Source of the DNA: an uncultured archaeon
Lineage (GTDB): Archaea; Thermoplasmatota; Penumbrarchaeia; JASLWR01
Assembly: GCA_964342815.1 (NCBI GenBank)
Contig: CAYFHS010000012.1
Location: 1 to 64,000 of the forward strand
Reading direction: 5' to 3'
Length of the DNA stretch: 64,000 bases
Shown here: positions 30,106-40,030 of the stretch, piece by piece
How the letters are laid out: every line of letters starts with the position of its first letter
Numbering within the stretch: the stretch's first letter is position 1
Translations under genes and position numbers: made by a program
Notes under the pieces: model-generated
Told to the model about the DNA's origin: nothing
The model's input: the letters and a program-made list of their open reading frames with translations, nothing else
Database searches by the model: none

Positions 30106-32750
30106 AGCCCAAAAGGATAAAACAGATCGAGTTCGGTTTGCTTTCACCGGAAGAGATAAGGAAGATGTCGGCTTTGAAAGTAATTACCGCTGATACATAC
30201 GACGAAGACGGTTTCCCTATTGATATGGGTCTTATGGATACGCATTTGGGGGTTATTGAACCAGGACTCAGGTGTAAAACCTGCGGTCGAAAGGTGGACG
30301 AATGTCCCGGTCATTTTGGTCATATCAACCTTGCCATGCCAGTGATCCATGTAGGTTACGTCAAACTCATCAAGAACCTGCTGCGAGCTAGTTGTAGATC
30401 CTGCGGTAGGTGTCTACTCAATCCTCGAGAGATAGAAGACGGGAAATTACACATTCAAAAATGCATAGACACCGGTATGGTAAATGAGACCGATACGATA
30501 TACAAGGAAGTGGTCAGAGAAGCATCCAAAGCAAAATTCTGTCCACATTGCGGTGCGGAACAGAAGAAGATAGTTCTGGACAAACCAACTACTCTACGAG
30601 AAGAAAGGCACAAACTCACCCCTCGTGAAGTAAGGGAAAGACTGGAAAAGATACCTGAAAGCGATCTTCCGGTGCTCAGCGTCAATCCTGCAATAGCAAG
30701 ACCCGAATACATGATCCTGACCGTTTTACCGGTCCCGCCGGTCACTGCGAGACCCTCAATCACACTGGAATCCGGTGATCGCTCAGAGGATGATCTCACT
30801 CACAAGATGGTCGACATTCTGAGAATCAATCAACGTCTTCTCGAGAACAGGGACGCAGGCGCACCCCAGCTCATTGTTGAAGATCTTTGGGAACTTCTCC
30901 AGTACCACGTAACGACCTATTTTAACAATCAGACTTCAGGAATACCTCCCGCCAGGCACAGGAGCGGCAGACCCCTGAAGACCCTGACACAGCGTTTGAA
31001 AGGAAAAGAAGGACGTTTCAGATCCAATCTTTCCGGTAAGAGAGTGAACTTTTCCGCACGAACGGTGATTTCTCCAGATCCCAACATATCCATCAATGAA
31101 GTTGGGATTCCCTATCAGATCGCCCAGGAACTGACCATCCCCGCTCGGGTGAACCGGTACAACATAGAAGTGATGCGGGAGCTCGTGCGGAACGGACCTG
31201 ACACCTACCCTGGAGTAAATTATATCATGCGGAATGACGGACGACGCATTAAGCTGACAGAGAAGAATGCCGAACACCTTGCAGACGAGGTTCTGGAAGA
31301 AGGATGCGTTGTTGAAAGACAGATGATCGATGGGGATGTGGTACTCTTCAACCGGCAGCCCTCTCTTCACAGGATGTCAATGATGGCACACACTGTAAAA
31401 GTGATGAAATACAAGACCTTCCGTTTGAACCTATGTGTCTGTCCACCATACAATGCGGATTTCGACGGAGATGAGATGAACCTTCACTTGATACAGAGTG
31501 ACGAGGCCAGGGCCGAGGCTATGATATTAATGTCCCCCCAGGAACATATACTTTCACCGAGGTTCGGAGGCCCCGTTATCGGAGCTATCCACGACCACAT
31601 TTCCGGCGCGTTCCTAGCCACATATCACAGGGAATTCGATTACGAGCAGGTTCTCAATATTCTAGAGAAGATCAATTGGTTAAAGGGCATACCCGAACCT
31701 GATAGGGTGGATGAGAACGGAAAAAGATACTGGAAAGGAATATCCATATTTTCCCTGATCCTGCCGGATGATCTAAATCTTGATTACAAAGCATCCATCT
31801 ATGATCCTGATTTGCCGGAAACCGACACTATTGTAAGAATACGCAACGGGAAGATTTTACAAGGTACGGTGGACGGCCGCTCCATAAGCGCATTCAAAGG
31901 AAGGATCCTGGACACCGTAGTAAGGGAATACGGTCCGGATGAAGGTCGGAAGTTCCTCGATAACGTTACCAAGGTTTCACTGGGCGCCATTTCACAATTG
32001 GGATTCTCAACGGGTATCGACGATCAGGACATACCGGAGGACGCTTCCAACCAGATCAAGGAGGGACTGCAGTCGGCCAGTGATGCCGTGGCCAAACTTG
32101 TACGGTCCTATCACGAGGGAATACTGACCCAGCTTCCGGGCCGGTCTCTTGAAGAAACATTGGAAGTAGAGGCAATGAAGGTACTTGCAAAGGCCAGGGA
32201 TATTGCCGGAGAGATCGCTGGAAAACATCTCGGTCTTGGAAACTCCGCAGTGATAATGGCGAAATCGGGAGCCAGAGGTTCGATGCTGAACCTGTCGCAG
32301 ATGTCCGGATCCATCGGACAGCAGGCCGTAAGAGGTGAAAGAATCTCCCGTGGTTATGAAAACCGTACTCTGCCCCATTTTAAAAGAGGCGACAAGGGTA
32401 GCGAAGCAAAGGGATTCGTTAAATCGTGTTTCAAGGACGGCCTCACACCAACGGAATATTTTTTCCATGCAATGGGTGGAAGAGAGGGATTAGTGGATAC
32501 CGCGGTAAGGACATCACGTTCGGGTTACATGCAAAGAAGGTTGATCAATGCCTTGGAGAATCTCCGACTCGTTGAGGACGGAACCGTGAGGGACACCGAT
32601 AGCGTGGTGGTACAGTTCAAGTTTGGAGATGACGGTATCGATCCGGCCAAGAGCATTGCCGGAAATCCCATTGATATTGAGGAGCTGTTCAGGAGAAGGA
32701 TGATATACAACAAAAAGCGCGATCCCATGAGAAAGGAGGTGAAAGCATAA
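30102..32750 (+). CDS. rpoA1: DNA-directed RNA polymerase subunit A' (Rpo1N)
   Basis: [17 protein letters not shown], catalytic [11 protein letters not shown] and [23 protein letters not shown] overlap with rpoB. Confidence 0.98.
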   Translation: MKPKRIKQIEFGLLSPEEIRKMSALKVITADTYDEDGFPIDMGLMDTHLGVIEPGLRCKTCGRKVDECPGHFGHINLAMPVIHVGYVKLIKNLLRASCRSCGRCLLNPREIEDGKLHIQKCIDTGMVNETDTIYKEVVREASKAKFCPHCGAEQKKIVLDKPTTLREERHKLTPREVRERLEKIPESDLPVLSVNPAIARPEYMILTVLPVPPVTARPSITLESGDRSEDDLTHKMVDILRINQRLLENRDAGAPQLIVEDLWELLQYHVTTYFNNQTSGIPPARHRSGRPLKTLTQRLKGKEGRFRSNLSGKRVNFSARTVISPDPNISINEVGIPYQIAQELTIPARVNRYNIEVMRELVRNGPDTYPGVNYIMRNDGRRIKLTEKNAEHLADEVLEEGCVVERQMIDGDVVLFNRQPSLHRMSMMAHTVKVMKYKTFRLNLCVCPPYNADFDGDEMNLHLIQSDEARAEAMILMSPQEHILSPRFGGPVIGAIHDHISGAFLATYHREFDYEQVLNILEKINWLKGIPEPDRVDENGKRYWKGISIFSLILPDDLNLDYKASIYDPDLPETDTIVRIRNGKILQGTVDGRSISAFKGRILDTVVREYGPDEGRKFLDNVTKVSLGAISQLGFSTGIDDQDIPEDASNQIKEGLQSASDAVAKLVRSYHEGILTQLPGRSLEETLEVEAMKVLAKARDIAGEIAGKHLGLGNSAVIMAKSGARGSMLNLSQMSGSIGQQAVRGERISRGYENRTLPHFKRGDKGSEAKGFVKSCFKDGLTPTEYFFHAMGGREGLVDTAVRTSRSGYMQRRLINALENLRLVEDGTVRDTDSVVVQFKFGDDGIDPAKSIAGNPIDIEELFRRRMIYNKKRDPMRKEVKA

Positions 32751-35365
32751 CCACCAGCATCACAAGGAAGACCATAAATGCCTTCATTACACGGGGTATC
32801 GACGAGGACACAGCCAATGAAATCGTTGAAAAGGGTTACAACCTGGCTCGTATCGAGAAGGCGGAATTCCCCCAACTGGTGGAAGATCTTGGTCCGGACA
32901 TGGCTTTCGAGGTCGGAAAGAAAGTATTCACCAGGACGCGTTTCGACGAATTCAGCAAAGTATTCAATGAGCTGAAGGATAAGTTCAAGGCAGAGCGTGG
33001 AGAACCGGAACCTGAGAAAGGGGTTGTGAACATTGAAGAAATTCCCAAGAAACACCGCAGCATCCCAAAAAAGGAATGTGACCGGGGTATCGTATTCACA
33101 ATCGGAAAGGAATCCCAGGTTGAGCAGCTGAGGAAAATATCGCAGGAGACCGGAAAAGCCATCTGGGGAAATAATTTCAAGATAAACACATCGAAATTTT
33201 CATTCCCCCTTACCGCGTATATTTATATTATAGGAAAAGGTGTGGAATTCAGGTCTGTAATCAGCGAAATATATTCGAAACCGGTTGATCGAAAAGACAT
33301 TTTGATAGAATCCCAACGTGATGAGGTATTTCCATCATATTTCCTGCTTAAGGACATCTCACCTCTGGGTGAGGTGATCGATCTTATGGAAATGGTATCT
33401 CCCAGCGGAACTTCTATCAAGAGCGCACGGAATTACACAAACATACTGGTTCACAAGGGCGAATATCTTCCTTACGAGATGTATGACTTCGGGAAAAAAG
33501 AAGGGGAGAAAATAGAATCATTGGAGCCCTCGAGACCGAAAACCATCAAGGAGCAGTTGAATATAATCTGGAAGATCGAAGATTTGGAAATGGTGAAAGA
33601 CTATAGTTCATTCCTGGAAAAGGGGAAGAAAATAGCTTATTGGGGAGTGGATTTCCCCATTAGCAAGAAGAAATTCTCGTTCCCGATAACCGGATACCTC
33701 ATGACGGAAAACGACATCTCACACAAGGCGACAATTACAGATCTCATCAAATATTCTGCAAAACAGCCACCTGAGGAGGGTAGTTGTCCAAGCAAATACG
33801 AAGGGGATTACGATACCTTTATCGTAATATCCGAAATAACCGAGATCGAGGAACCAAAACAGCTGGTCCATTTCAGAAATCCGCGTGGGAAGCGGCCAAC
33901 CAGCCTCCGGACCTACATCCGGGTCCTGGGAGGTCCCGAGGAGGGAACCATCATTGACCAGAAGGACATTACTATACGCGCTCCCGAGGTGGAGATCAAG
34001 AAAAAGATGAAAGAAACGATAAAGACGGTCACCCTTCCCACCATCAAGGACCGAATCTCCGAGATTGTCGAGAGGAAGAAACTTAATCTTGACGAGGATG
34101 ACATTACCCGACTGGGACTCAAATACGGCAGGATAAAAAAAGAGGACACAGAGCTGGAGGAAATATTCGATAGTTACAATAAAATTCTCCTTGCCCGCAA
34201 AGATATCAAAACTCATATTCCCGTGAGTACAATTGATGAACTTGCTGAAAATATAAGAAAATTCGAACCTGATCAGGAAGAACTTGGGGATATCATCGAT
34301 GTCATTATCGGGGACCGTAGCCGCCGACTCATGGACCCACACGAGTCCTGCGGGATCGTATCAGCTCAATCCATTGGAGAACCAGGGACACAGATGACCA
34401 TGAGGACGTTTCACTATGCCGGTGTGGCCGAGATCAACGTAACATTGGGGCTGCCCCGTCTCATCGAGATAGTGGACGCCAGACGGCAGCCATCCACACC
34501 AATTATGGAGGTCCACCTGACTGATGACGTAAAGGATGACAGGGCAAAAGTCCAGAAGATCATTACCGAAATAGAAGCGACTAAACTTATGGACGTTGCT
34601 TCTCTGAAAACCGACCTTACTAACATGAATGTTCGGATCGAACCGGACAAGGAAAAGATGGTCACCAGGGGAGTTCGCCTCGATGATATAAAAGACAGGT
34701 TAATGACTGCCAGGCTCAGGGGTATTTCAAGAACGAAGACGAAACTCACAATCGAAGAGGAACGGGGAACCGGAAATCTGATAATGTCTTCCGACCAGGT
34801 CTCTTACAAACACCTTCAGGCCCTTGTGGAAGGAGTGAAAGGAGTACGGGTCAAAGGTATAAAGGACATCGAGAGATGTATTGCCAGAATGGAGAAGGGC
34901 GAGGGGTACGTTATCCACTCGGAGGGATCCAACCTTCAGGAAGTACTGGCAGTGAACGGGGTCGACATAACCAGGACGACAACGAACAATATCAGGGAGA
35001 TTTATCAGGTTCTCGGTGTGGAAGCCGCCAGGAACTCCATTATCAAGGAAGCCTACGACACGCTTAGAGAACAGGGGTTACAGGTGGATATAAGGCACAT
35101 TATGCTGGTTGCAGATATCATGTGCGTTTACGGGGATATACGGCCTATTGGAAGGCACGGTATAACTGGGAAGAAGTCCAGTGTTCTGGCGAGGGCAGCA
35201 TTCGAGATCGCAGCCGCAACCCTGCTGACAGCGGGGATAAAGGGAGAGGTGGATTCCCTGGAAGGCATAGCCGAGAATATCATTGTGGGCCAACCGGTGA
35301 TCACAGGGACCGGCGAGGTGGCATTGGCGTACGACCCAACGAGAAAATGTAAAGAGGTGATCTGA
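32747..35365 (+). CDS. rpoA2: DNA-directed RNA polymerase subunit A'' (Rpo1C), ~872 aa, with a large N-terminal extension containing a tandem domain duplication; probable ATA start
   Basis: C-terminal ~390 aa carry [34 protein letters not shown] and SVLARAAFE. Frame is open from ATA 32747, which follows a GGAGGTGA SD. Confidence 0.92.
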   Translation: MTTSITRKTINAFITRGIDEDTANEIVEKGYNLARIEKAEFPQLVEDLGPDMAFEVGKKVFTRTRFDEFSKVFNELKDKFKAERGEPEPEKGVVNIEEIPKKHRSIPKKECDRGIVFTIGKESQVEQLRKISQETGKAIWGNNFKINTSKFSFPLTAYIYIIGKGVEFRSVISEIYSKPVDRKDILIESQRDEVFPSYFLLKDISPLGEVIDLMEMVSPSGTSIKSARNYTNILVHKGEYLPYEMYDFGKKEGEKIESLEPSRPKTIKEQLNIIWKIEDLEMVKDYSSFLEKGKKIAYWGVDFPISKKKFSFPITGYLMTENDISHKATITDLIKYSAKQPPEEGSCPSKYEGDYDTFIVISEITEIEEPKQLVHFRNPRGKRPTSLRTYIRVLGGPEEGTIIDQKDITIRAPEVEIKKKMKETIKTVTLPTIKDRISEIVERKKLNLDEDDITRLGLKYGRIKKEDTELEEIFDSYNKILLARKDIKTHIPVSTIDELAENIRKFEPDQEELGDIIDVIIGDRSRRLMDPHESCGIVSAQSIGEPGTQMTMRTFHYAGVAEINVTLGLPRLIEIVDARRQPSTPIMEVHLTDDVKDDRAKVQKIITEIEATKLMDVASLKTDLTNMNVRIEPDKEKMVTRGVRLDDIKDRLMTARLRGISRTKTKLTIEEERGTGNLIMSSDQVSYKHLQALVEGVKGVRVKGIKDIERCIARMEKGEGYVIHSEGSNLQEVLAVNGVDITRTTTNNIREIYQVLGVEAARNSIIKEAYDTLREQGLQVDIRHIMLVADIMCVYGDIRPIGRHGITGKKSSVLARAAFEIAAATLLTAGIKGEVDSLEGIAENIIVGQPVITGTGEVALAYDPTRKCKEVI

Positions 35366-35366
35366 A

Positions 35367-35654
35367 ATGGATATCCGTCGCGCATTAAGGCAGGCTGTTT
35401 CAACAGGAACAGTTTACCTGGGAACGAAACTGACCCTTAAGGCTCTGAAGAAAAAGAAGGTCAAACTGATAATATACTGCAAGAACACATCAACCCCCCA
35501 AGAAGGAATATTCCTGAAATACGGGAACATTCCGAATTACCAGTTTCCGGGAACGAACTTCGAGCTGGGTGCTGCCTGCGGGAAACCATTTGCAGTATCG
35601 GTGCTGTCCATCATTAAAGCGGGCGAGTCTGATATATTAGCCTTGATTAAATAG
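35367..35654 (+). CDS. rpl30e: 50S ribosomal protein L30e (eL30)
   Basis: TGTVYLG, GTNFELGAACGKPF.VSVLSI..AGESDI. Confidence 0.96.
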   Translation: MDIRRALRQAVSTGTVYLGTKLTLKALKKKKVKLIIYCKNTSTPQEGIFLKYGNIPNYQFPGTNFELGAACGKPFAVSVLSIIKAGESDILALIK

Positions 35655-36411
35655 AATCATATGATCCAAAACATAAATAATTGCTTTTATCGATCGATGT
35701 CAGCCCGCCTTCTACCTTTTTTTACTTTTCCCACGGGTACCAGTCCTGCCAGTATCATGCAGTGTAATTATACAAGGTCTCTGGTTCAGCTAAAAGCTAT
35801 CCTTGGTGTGTTTCTCTTTGAGTATAATTCATTTTTTTTTAAAGCGTCCAGGCTGATTTATAATCCAGTTCTTTCTTCCGATATAGCTAATTCCAATTTA
35901 TAGAGCCCCACGAACGGATTTTTGAGGTGTTTTTGTTAGTGAACATTCCAGTGTGAAAAAGTTCACTTTCCGAACAAATTGGAGTCGCACAATTCGCCGA
36001 GTGAACTCCCAACAGCTCTGAAAAAACTCATACAAGATTAATTATTCTATTTTTTAAAATTAAAATCTAAAAGCACCGGGACTTATTATATATGTATTAT
36101 TATAGTAACTCACAGCAATAAAATCGTCGAATCTTACAGCTGTTTTTCGCAGATCTACCGAAAAAATGGCTGTTTGTTCTCAAATTTGGCGAAAATAGAA
36201 AGTTAAAAACATAATTCATAATTTTTAGTCTTCCACATGAAGCCAGTAATCCGGATATAGCAGTATCCGTTGATCAGGAATTGGTCGAAAATATAGGAAA
36301 AACCTTGAAAAAGTCGTTAAAATCTACTCAAAATAGGACTGGGTAATAAACTATATATATAAATTATTATAATCCATAAAGAGTTTAAGCAAACTAATAG
36401 AGGTGAAAAAC

Positions 36412-39400
36412 ATGTATGGAAAAATGAAAAGAATAATTGTAGCCACCCTGGTAGCGATTATGATATTGAGTGCTTTTCCTATGATGGCAAATGCCGCGGA
36501 AGAAAATGCACCCGCACCGGGTCGCGCAAATGAGATAACGGTAAACGATATAGAAGTAACAACGGAAATACCGTTCGAAGAGGACGGTGTGAACGGAAAC
36601 GGAGAATATGTAGTGGCAGTGAACTTTACATTGCCCGAGCAAATGGTTAGCGTGAATGTCACAGTTAATGTCACTCACAACGGCAGCTTTGAAACCAACG
36701 CCACCGAAAAGCTAAACCTGTCTGCTGGAGATCATGACGTCCTTCTTCAGAAAGCGTTCGATTTCACCGATCCGGGGCTTTATACCATAAACGCCTCCAT
36801 AGATGGATGGAATGGAACCGGAATGATCGACGGGGCATTGAACATTTCTGACGTGAATTTCACGACGATAATCGATTTCTATGTAAACATCAGTATCGAA
36901 GCCCCGGACGTGGGTGGAGTATACGGAAAGGGACCCATAGAGATACACGCTGTCGTTAAAAACACAGGAAATTCCATCATAGAGAATACGAACGTAACCA
37001 TCGAGGCCGTAAACGTCTCCAGCCAGATCGCAGAGGTGTTCACGGAGGCCTTCGAGGGTATCGAAATCCTGGCCCCCAATATGGAGTCAGAGCCCGTTCA
37101 GTTCTTCTGGATTCCATCCAAGGAAGGCGACAACAGTGATTATGATATCACAATCACGGCAACGAACGTTACAGGTGGAGTAAGCAACAATACCACCTTG
37201 CGTGTTTCGATAAAGAACATTACCGTACTGCATATCGTTGACATGACTGGATTCGGCGACACCCAAGGTGGGGCGAGTACATTCTTCGATGTGAACGTGC
37301 TGCTGAACAATACCGGTAACGCTGCCGGGAAAGGAACAGTTCACCTGGTGATATATCCGGAAGGAGATCCGGGAAATCCCGTGATCGACCTTACAAATAC
37401 CTCCGATGATGTTGCCCCCGAAGAGGGAACCGCTACAAGAGAAGAAGGCACTGTTGTATTCCCGAACCTTTCCATCGATACTCCGGGAGAATACATGGTG
37501 AAGGCAAGCATCGCGGGTACGGAGGAAGAAATGATCAAAAACCTGACCATCGAACCGGATCCGAATCTGGCACCGGACCTCATGAACGTTTCTCTATCAC
37601 CGGATCCAACAGCCGTTAACGTGCTGGTGGGTGAGGAAATAACCTTTTCAGTCGTTTACAAGGATGTTGATGGTGACGCGGGAACCGTGAAGCTCTACAT
37701 TGACAACATCATGCACGACATGGTCAACGGAAGCGCCACATGGCTTGATGGGGTCACCTTCACGTATACGTGGGCGGCAACAAACGCATCAAACCATTCG
37801 TACAACTTTGTGGCTAATGATGGAACGGAAAACAAATTTATGGAGCACGTTGATTACAACTTCACCGTCTACGAGCACACTGACGGATGGCTGTACGGAA
37901 AGGTCACCGACGGGAACGGAAACGTATCAAATGCCTCGGTGGTCATCTACATTACGGCCATGAACGCGACTAACGTAACATACATCGACAAATACTACAA
38001 CACAACAACGGACGCTAACGGTGATTTTTCGAAATTCCTGCCTTTCACCGATACAAAATACGTGATCATGCTGGACGAGACCTGGCTGGCGGACAATAAA
38101 CTCGAAGTTACCGGAGTGAACAAGCAGAACTTCGAGATCAAGGCGGCGACGCCCAAAGCATGGGTAAATTACACCCTTACAGATGCGGCACCGCCTCCGG
38201 TACCTACATATCTCGTCGGCAAGGTTGTGGATGAAAAAACTGGCGAAAATCTTTCCGGTGTGACAATCACCGTGGAGATATTCAAAGATGTTGAAGGCAA
38301 CATGACCGCTCTGGTTGACGGTGTGAACGTAACCATCAATACAACAACCCGAACCTGGATGAACCTCACGGCTACGACTGACATGAACGGTTCGTACGCT
38401 GTCATGGGAGTACCCCACGGTCAAGTCGATATCGACGATGCAAAGGTCACCGGTACAATGGTCTACCGCCATGATGTGGCGGAACCGGAAGGAGCGATCC
38501 TGGGCTGGTGGTTAGCAACGGCCGAATTGACTGATTATGTTACCCAAAAGAAATCCCTGGAGTTCAAGGAAGCTATGAACACAACCTGGAACGTCACTCT
38601 GCCAAAGGATATAACGGTTCTTTACTCCATATCCGGTGCAGTAAATCCAGCAAGTGCAACGGTGAAGTACGGAACTACAGCGGTTGTGGTGGATAGCACA
38701 ACGGGAAATTTCACCGTTACAAACCTTACGGTAGGAACCTACGTGTTCACCTTCACTGCAGATGGCTATATCACAAGAACTGAGAATGCAACCATCATCG
38801 ATGCGGACGTACTTCTGGGGACTATAAAACTTGTGCCGGACCCCGATTCCAATATAACTTACACAATGAAACTTGGACCTTGGATGGAGAACGATGAAGA
38901 TGGAAAACCCGGTGTAGAGGTTTCCTTTTCATTCCTTGGTAAAGATTACGAAGGTGTGACAGGATCGGATGGATATGCAGTGTTCAAGGAATTCCCGGTA
39001 CTGAACTTACCCGACGATATCAAGGTAACCCATAAATTCGGGGATGAAGCTGCAGTAACCGAGGATGTGGATGATCTTGATCTTGATAAATGGAGAGGAG
39101 TTGAAAAACCAGTTGAAACCGACGGGAACGACATACTCCTCATAGTGGCCATCGTCGTGATCGTTTTCATCATCATCATTCTCGTTGTGCTTGCCATGAA
39201 ATCCAAGGGCGGCGAGGAAGAGCTATACGATGAAGAGGTCAGGGAATACGAGTGCCCGAGCTGCGGAGCAATTGTGACTTCCGACATGGACACCTGTCCG
39301 GAATGCGGCGAGAGCTTCGAGGAAGAAGAGTTCAGATGCCCGGAGTGCAGCGAGATGGTTGAGAAGGATGCCACCATCTGCGACTCATGCGGCTCCGAGT

Positions 39401-39591
39401 TCGAGATGCCCGAGAAGGTCGAAGAGGAGATCGAGGAAGGGGAAGAAGGAGATGAGCTGGAACCCCCCGAGGACGATGTCCCCGAAGCCATCGATGAGTT
39501 CGATGTGGAGGACGAGGATGCGGAACTCGAGGGCGTCGAAGATCTTGAAGAAGAACTCGAAGAGGAAAGCCTTGATATGGACGACGAATAA
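36412..39591 (+). CDS. Large surface glycoprotein (S-layer-like; Ig/carboxypeptidase-regulatory-like beta domains) with TM anchor, cytoplasmic double zinc ribbon and acidic tail
   Basis: Signal peptide; very many N-x-S/T sequons; beta-rich repeats; TM ILLIVAIVVIVFIIIILVVLAM; four CxxC pairs; D/E tail. GAGGTGA SD precedes ATG 36412. Confidence 0.8.
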   Translation: MYGKMKRIIVATLVAIMILSAFPMMANAAEENAPAPGRANEITVNDIEVTTEIPFEEDGVNGNGEYVVAVNFTLPEQMVSVNVTVNVTHNGSFETNATEKLNLSAGDHDVLLQKAFDFTDPGLYTINASIDGWNGTGMIDGALNISDVNFTTIIDFYVNISIEAPDVGGVYGKGPIEIHAVVKNTGNSIIENTNVTIEAVNVSSQIAEVFTEAFEGIEILAPNMESEPVQFFWIPSKEGDNSDYDITITATNVTGGVSNNTTLRVSIKNITVLHIVDMTGFGDTQGGASTFFDVNVLLNNTGNAAGKGTVHLVIYPEGDPGNPVIDLTNTSDDVAPEEGTATREEGTVVFPNLSIDTPGEYMVKASIAGTEEEMIKNLTIEPDPNLAPDLMNVSLSPDPTAVNVLVGEEITFSVVYKDVDGDAGTVKLYIDNIMHDMVNGSATWLDGVTFTYTWAATNASNHSYNFVANDGTENKFMEHVDYNFTVYEHTDGWLYGKVTDGNGNVSNASVVIYITAMNATNVTYIDKYYNTTTDANGDFSKFLPFTDTKYVIMLDETWLADNKLEVTGVNKQNFEIKAATPKAWVNYTLTDAAPPPVPTYLVGKVVDEKTGENLSGVTITVEIFKDVEGNMTALVDGVNVTINTTTRTWMNLTATTDMNGSYAVMGVPHGQVDIDDAKVTGTMVYRHDVAEPEGAILGWWLATAELTDYVTQKKSLEFKEAMNTTWNVTLPKDITVLYSISGAVNPASATVKYGTTAVVVDSTTGNFTVTNLTVGTYVFTFTADGYITRTENATIIDADVLLGTIKLVPDPDSNITYTMKLGPWMENDEDGKPGVEVSFSFLGKDYEGVTGSDGYAVFKEFPVLNLPDDIKVTHKFGDEAAVTEDVDDLDLDKWRGVEKPVETDGNDILLIVAIVVIVFIIIILVVLAMKSKGGEEELYDEEVREYECPSCGAIVTSDMDTCPECGESFEEEEFRCPECSEMVEKDATICDSCGSEFEMPEKVEEEIEEGEEGDELEPPEDDVPEAIDEFDVEDEDAELEGVEDLEEELEEESLDMDDE

Positions 39592-39618
39592 CTCGACGAT
39601 CTAGACGACGAGGATCTT

Positions 39619-39675
39619 GAGGACCTTTAAGGTCCTCATTTTTCTTTTTTTTTTATTTTTTTTTCATTTTTTAAT
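39619..39675 (+). terminator. Hairpin plus oligo-T terminator
   Basis: GAGGACC-TTTAA-GGTCCTC followed by a ~35-nt T-rich run. Confidence 0.65.
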
Positions 39676-39711
39676 TTTGGCGAGCATTTATGCTACTTTG
39701 ATTTTACTATC

Positions 39712-39856
39712 GAGGGCCTGCGCCCGTTTCACTCCGGTGTATCGGTAGATACTCAACGAATCCAAGATTCGTTTGCATCCTCGGGATGTTACCCTACGGA
39801 TACACCTGCGCCCTCGACATGTAAGTCTACGGGCGACGTAAGAAACGCAGGCCCTC
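39712..39856. repeat. Multi-hairpin palindromic intergenic element (REP/MITE-like)
   Basis: Perfect 11-bp terminal inverted repeat GAGGGCCTGCG/CGCAGGCCCTC enclosing several nested stems. Confidence 0.75.
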
Positions 39857-39887
39857 ATAAGAGCCTAAAAATATTATTAATATCAAG

Positions 39888-39989
39888 GGTCAGCAGAACG
39901 CTGACCATGGAGGCCAGTGGTCTCATTTCCGATAATGGGTATTCTTTATTTTAATTCGGACCAGCGTTTGCTGGAGCTCGCTGGCCCTC
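39888..39989. repeat. Second palindromic intergenic element
   Basis: GGTCAGC/GCTGACC hairpin; GAGGCCAG...CTGGCCCTC outer stem; CCAGC-GTTT-GCTGG inner hairpin. Confidence 0.55.
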
Positions 39990-40030
39990 TTTAGATATTA
40001 TCGATATACCTTGGGATATAAGCTATGAAC

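Noticed and set aside
32879-34320. Intein in RpoA''
   Set aside because: No C/S-start plus HN/HQ-[CST] junction, no LAGLIDADG motifs, and the extra sequence lies N-terminal to the conserved core rather than within a motif.
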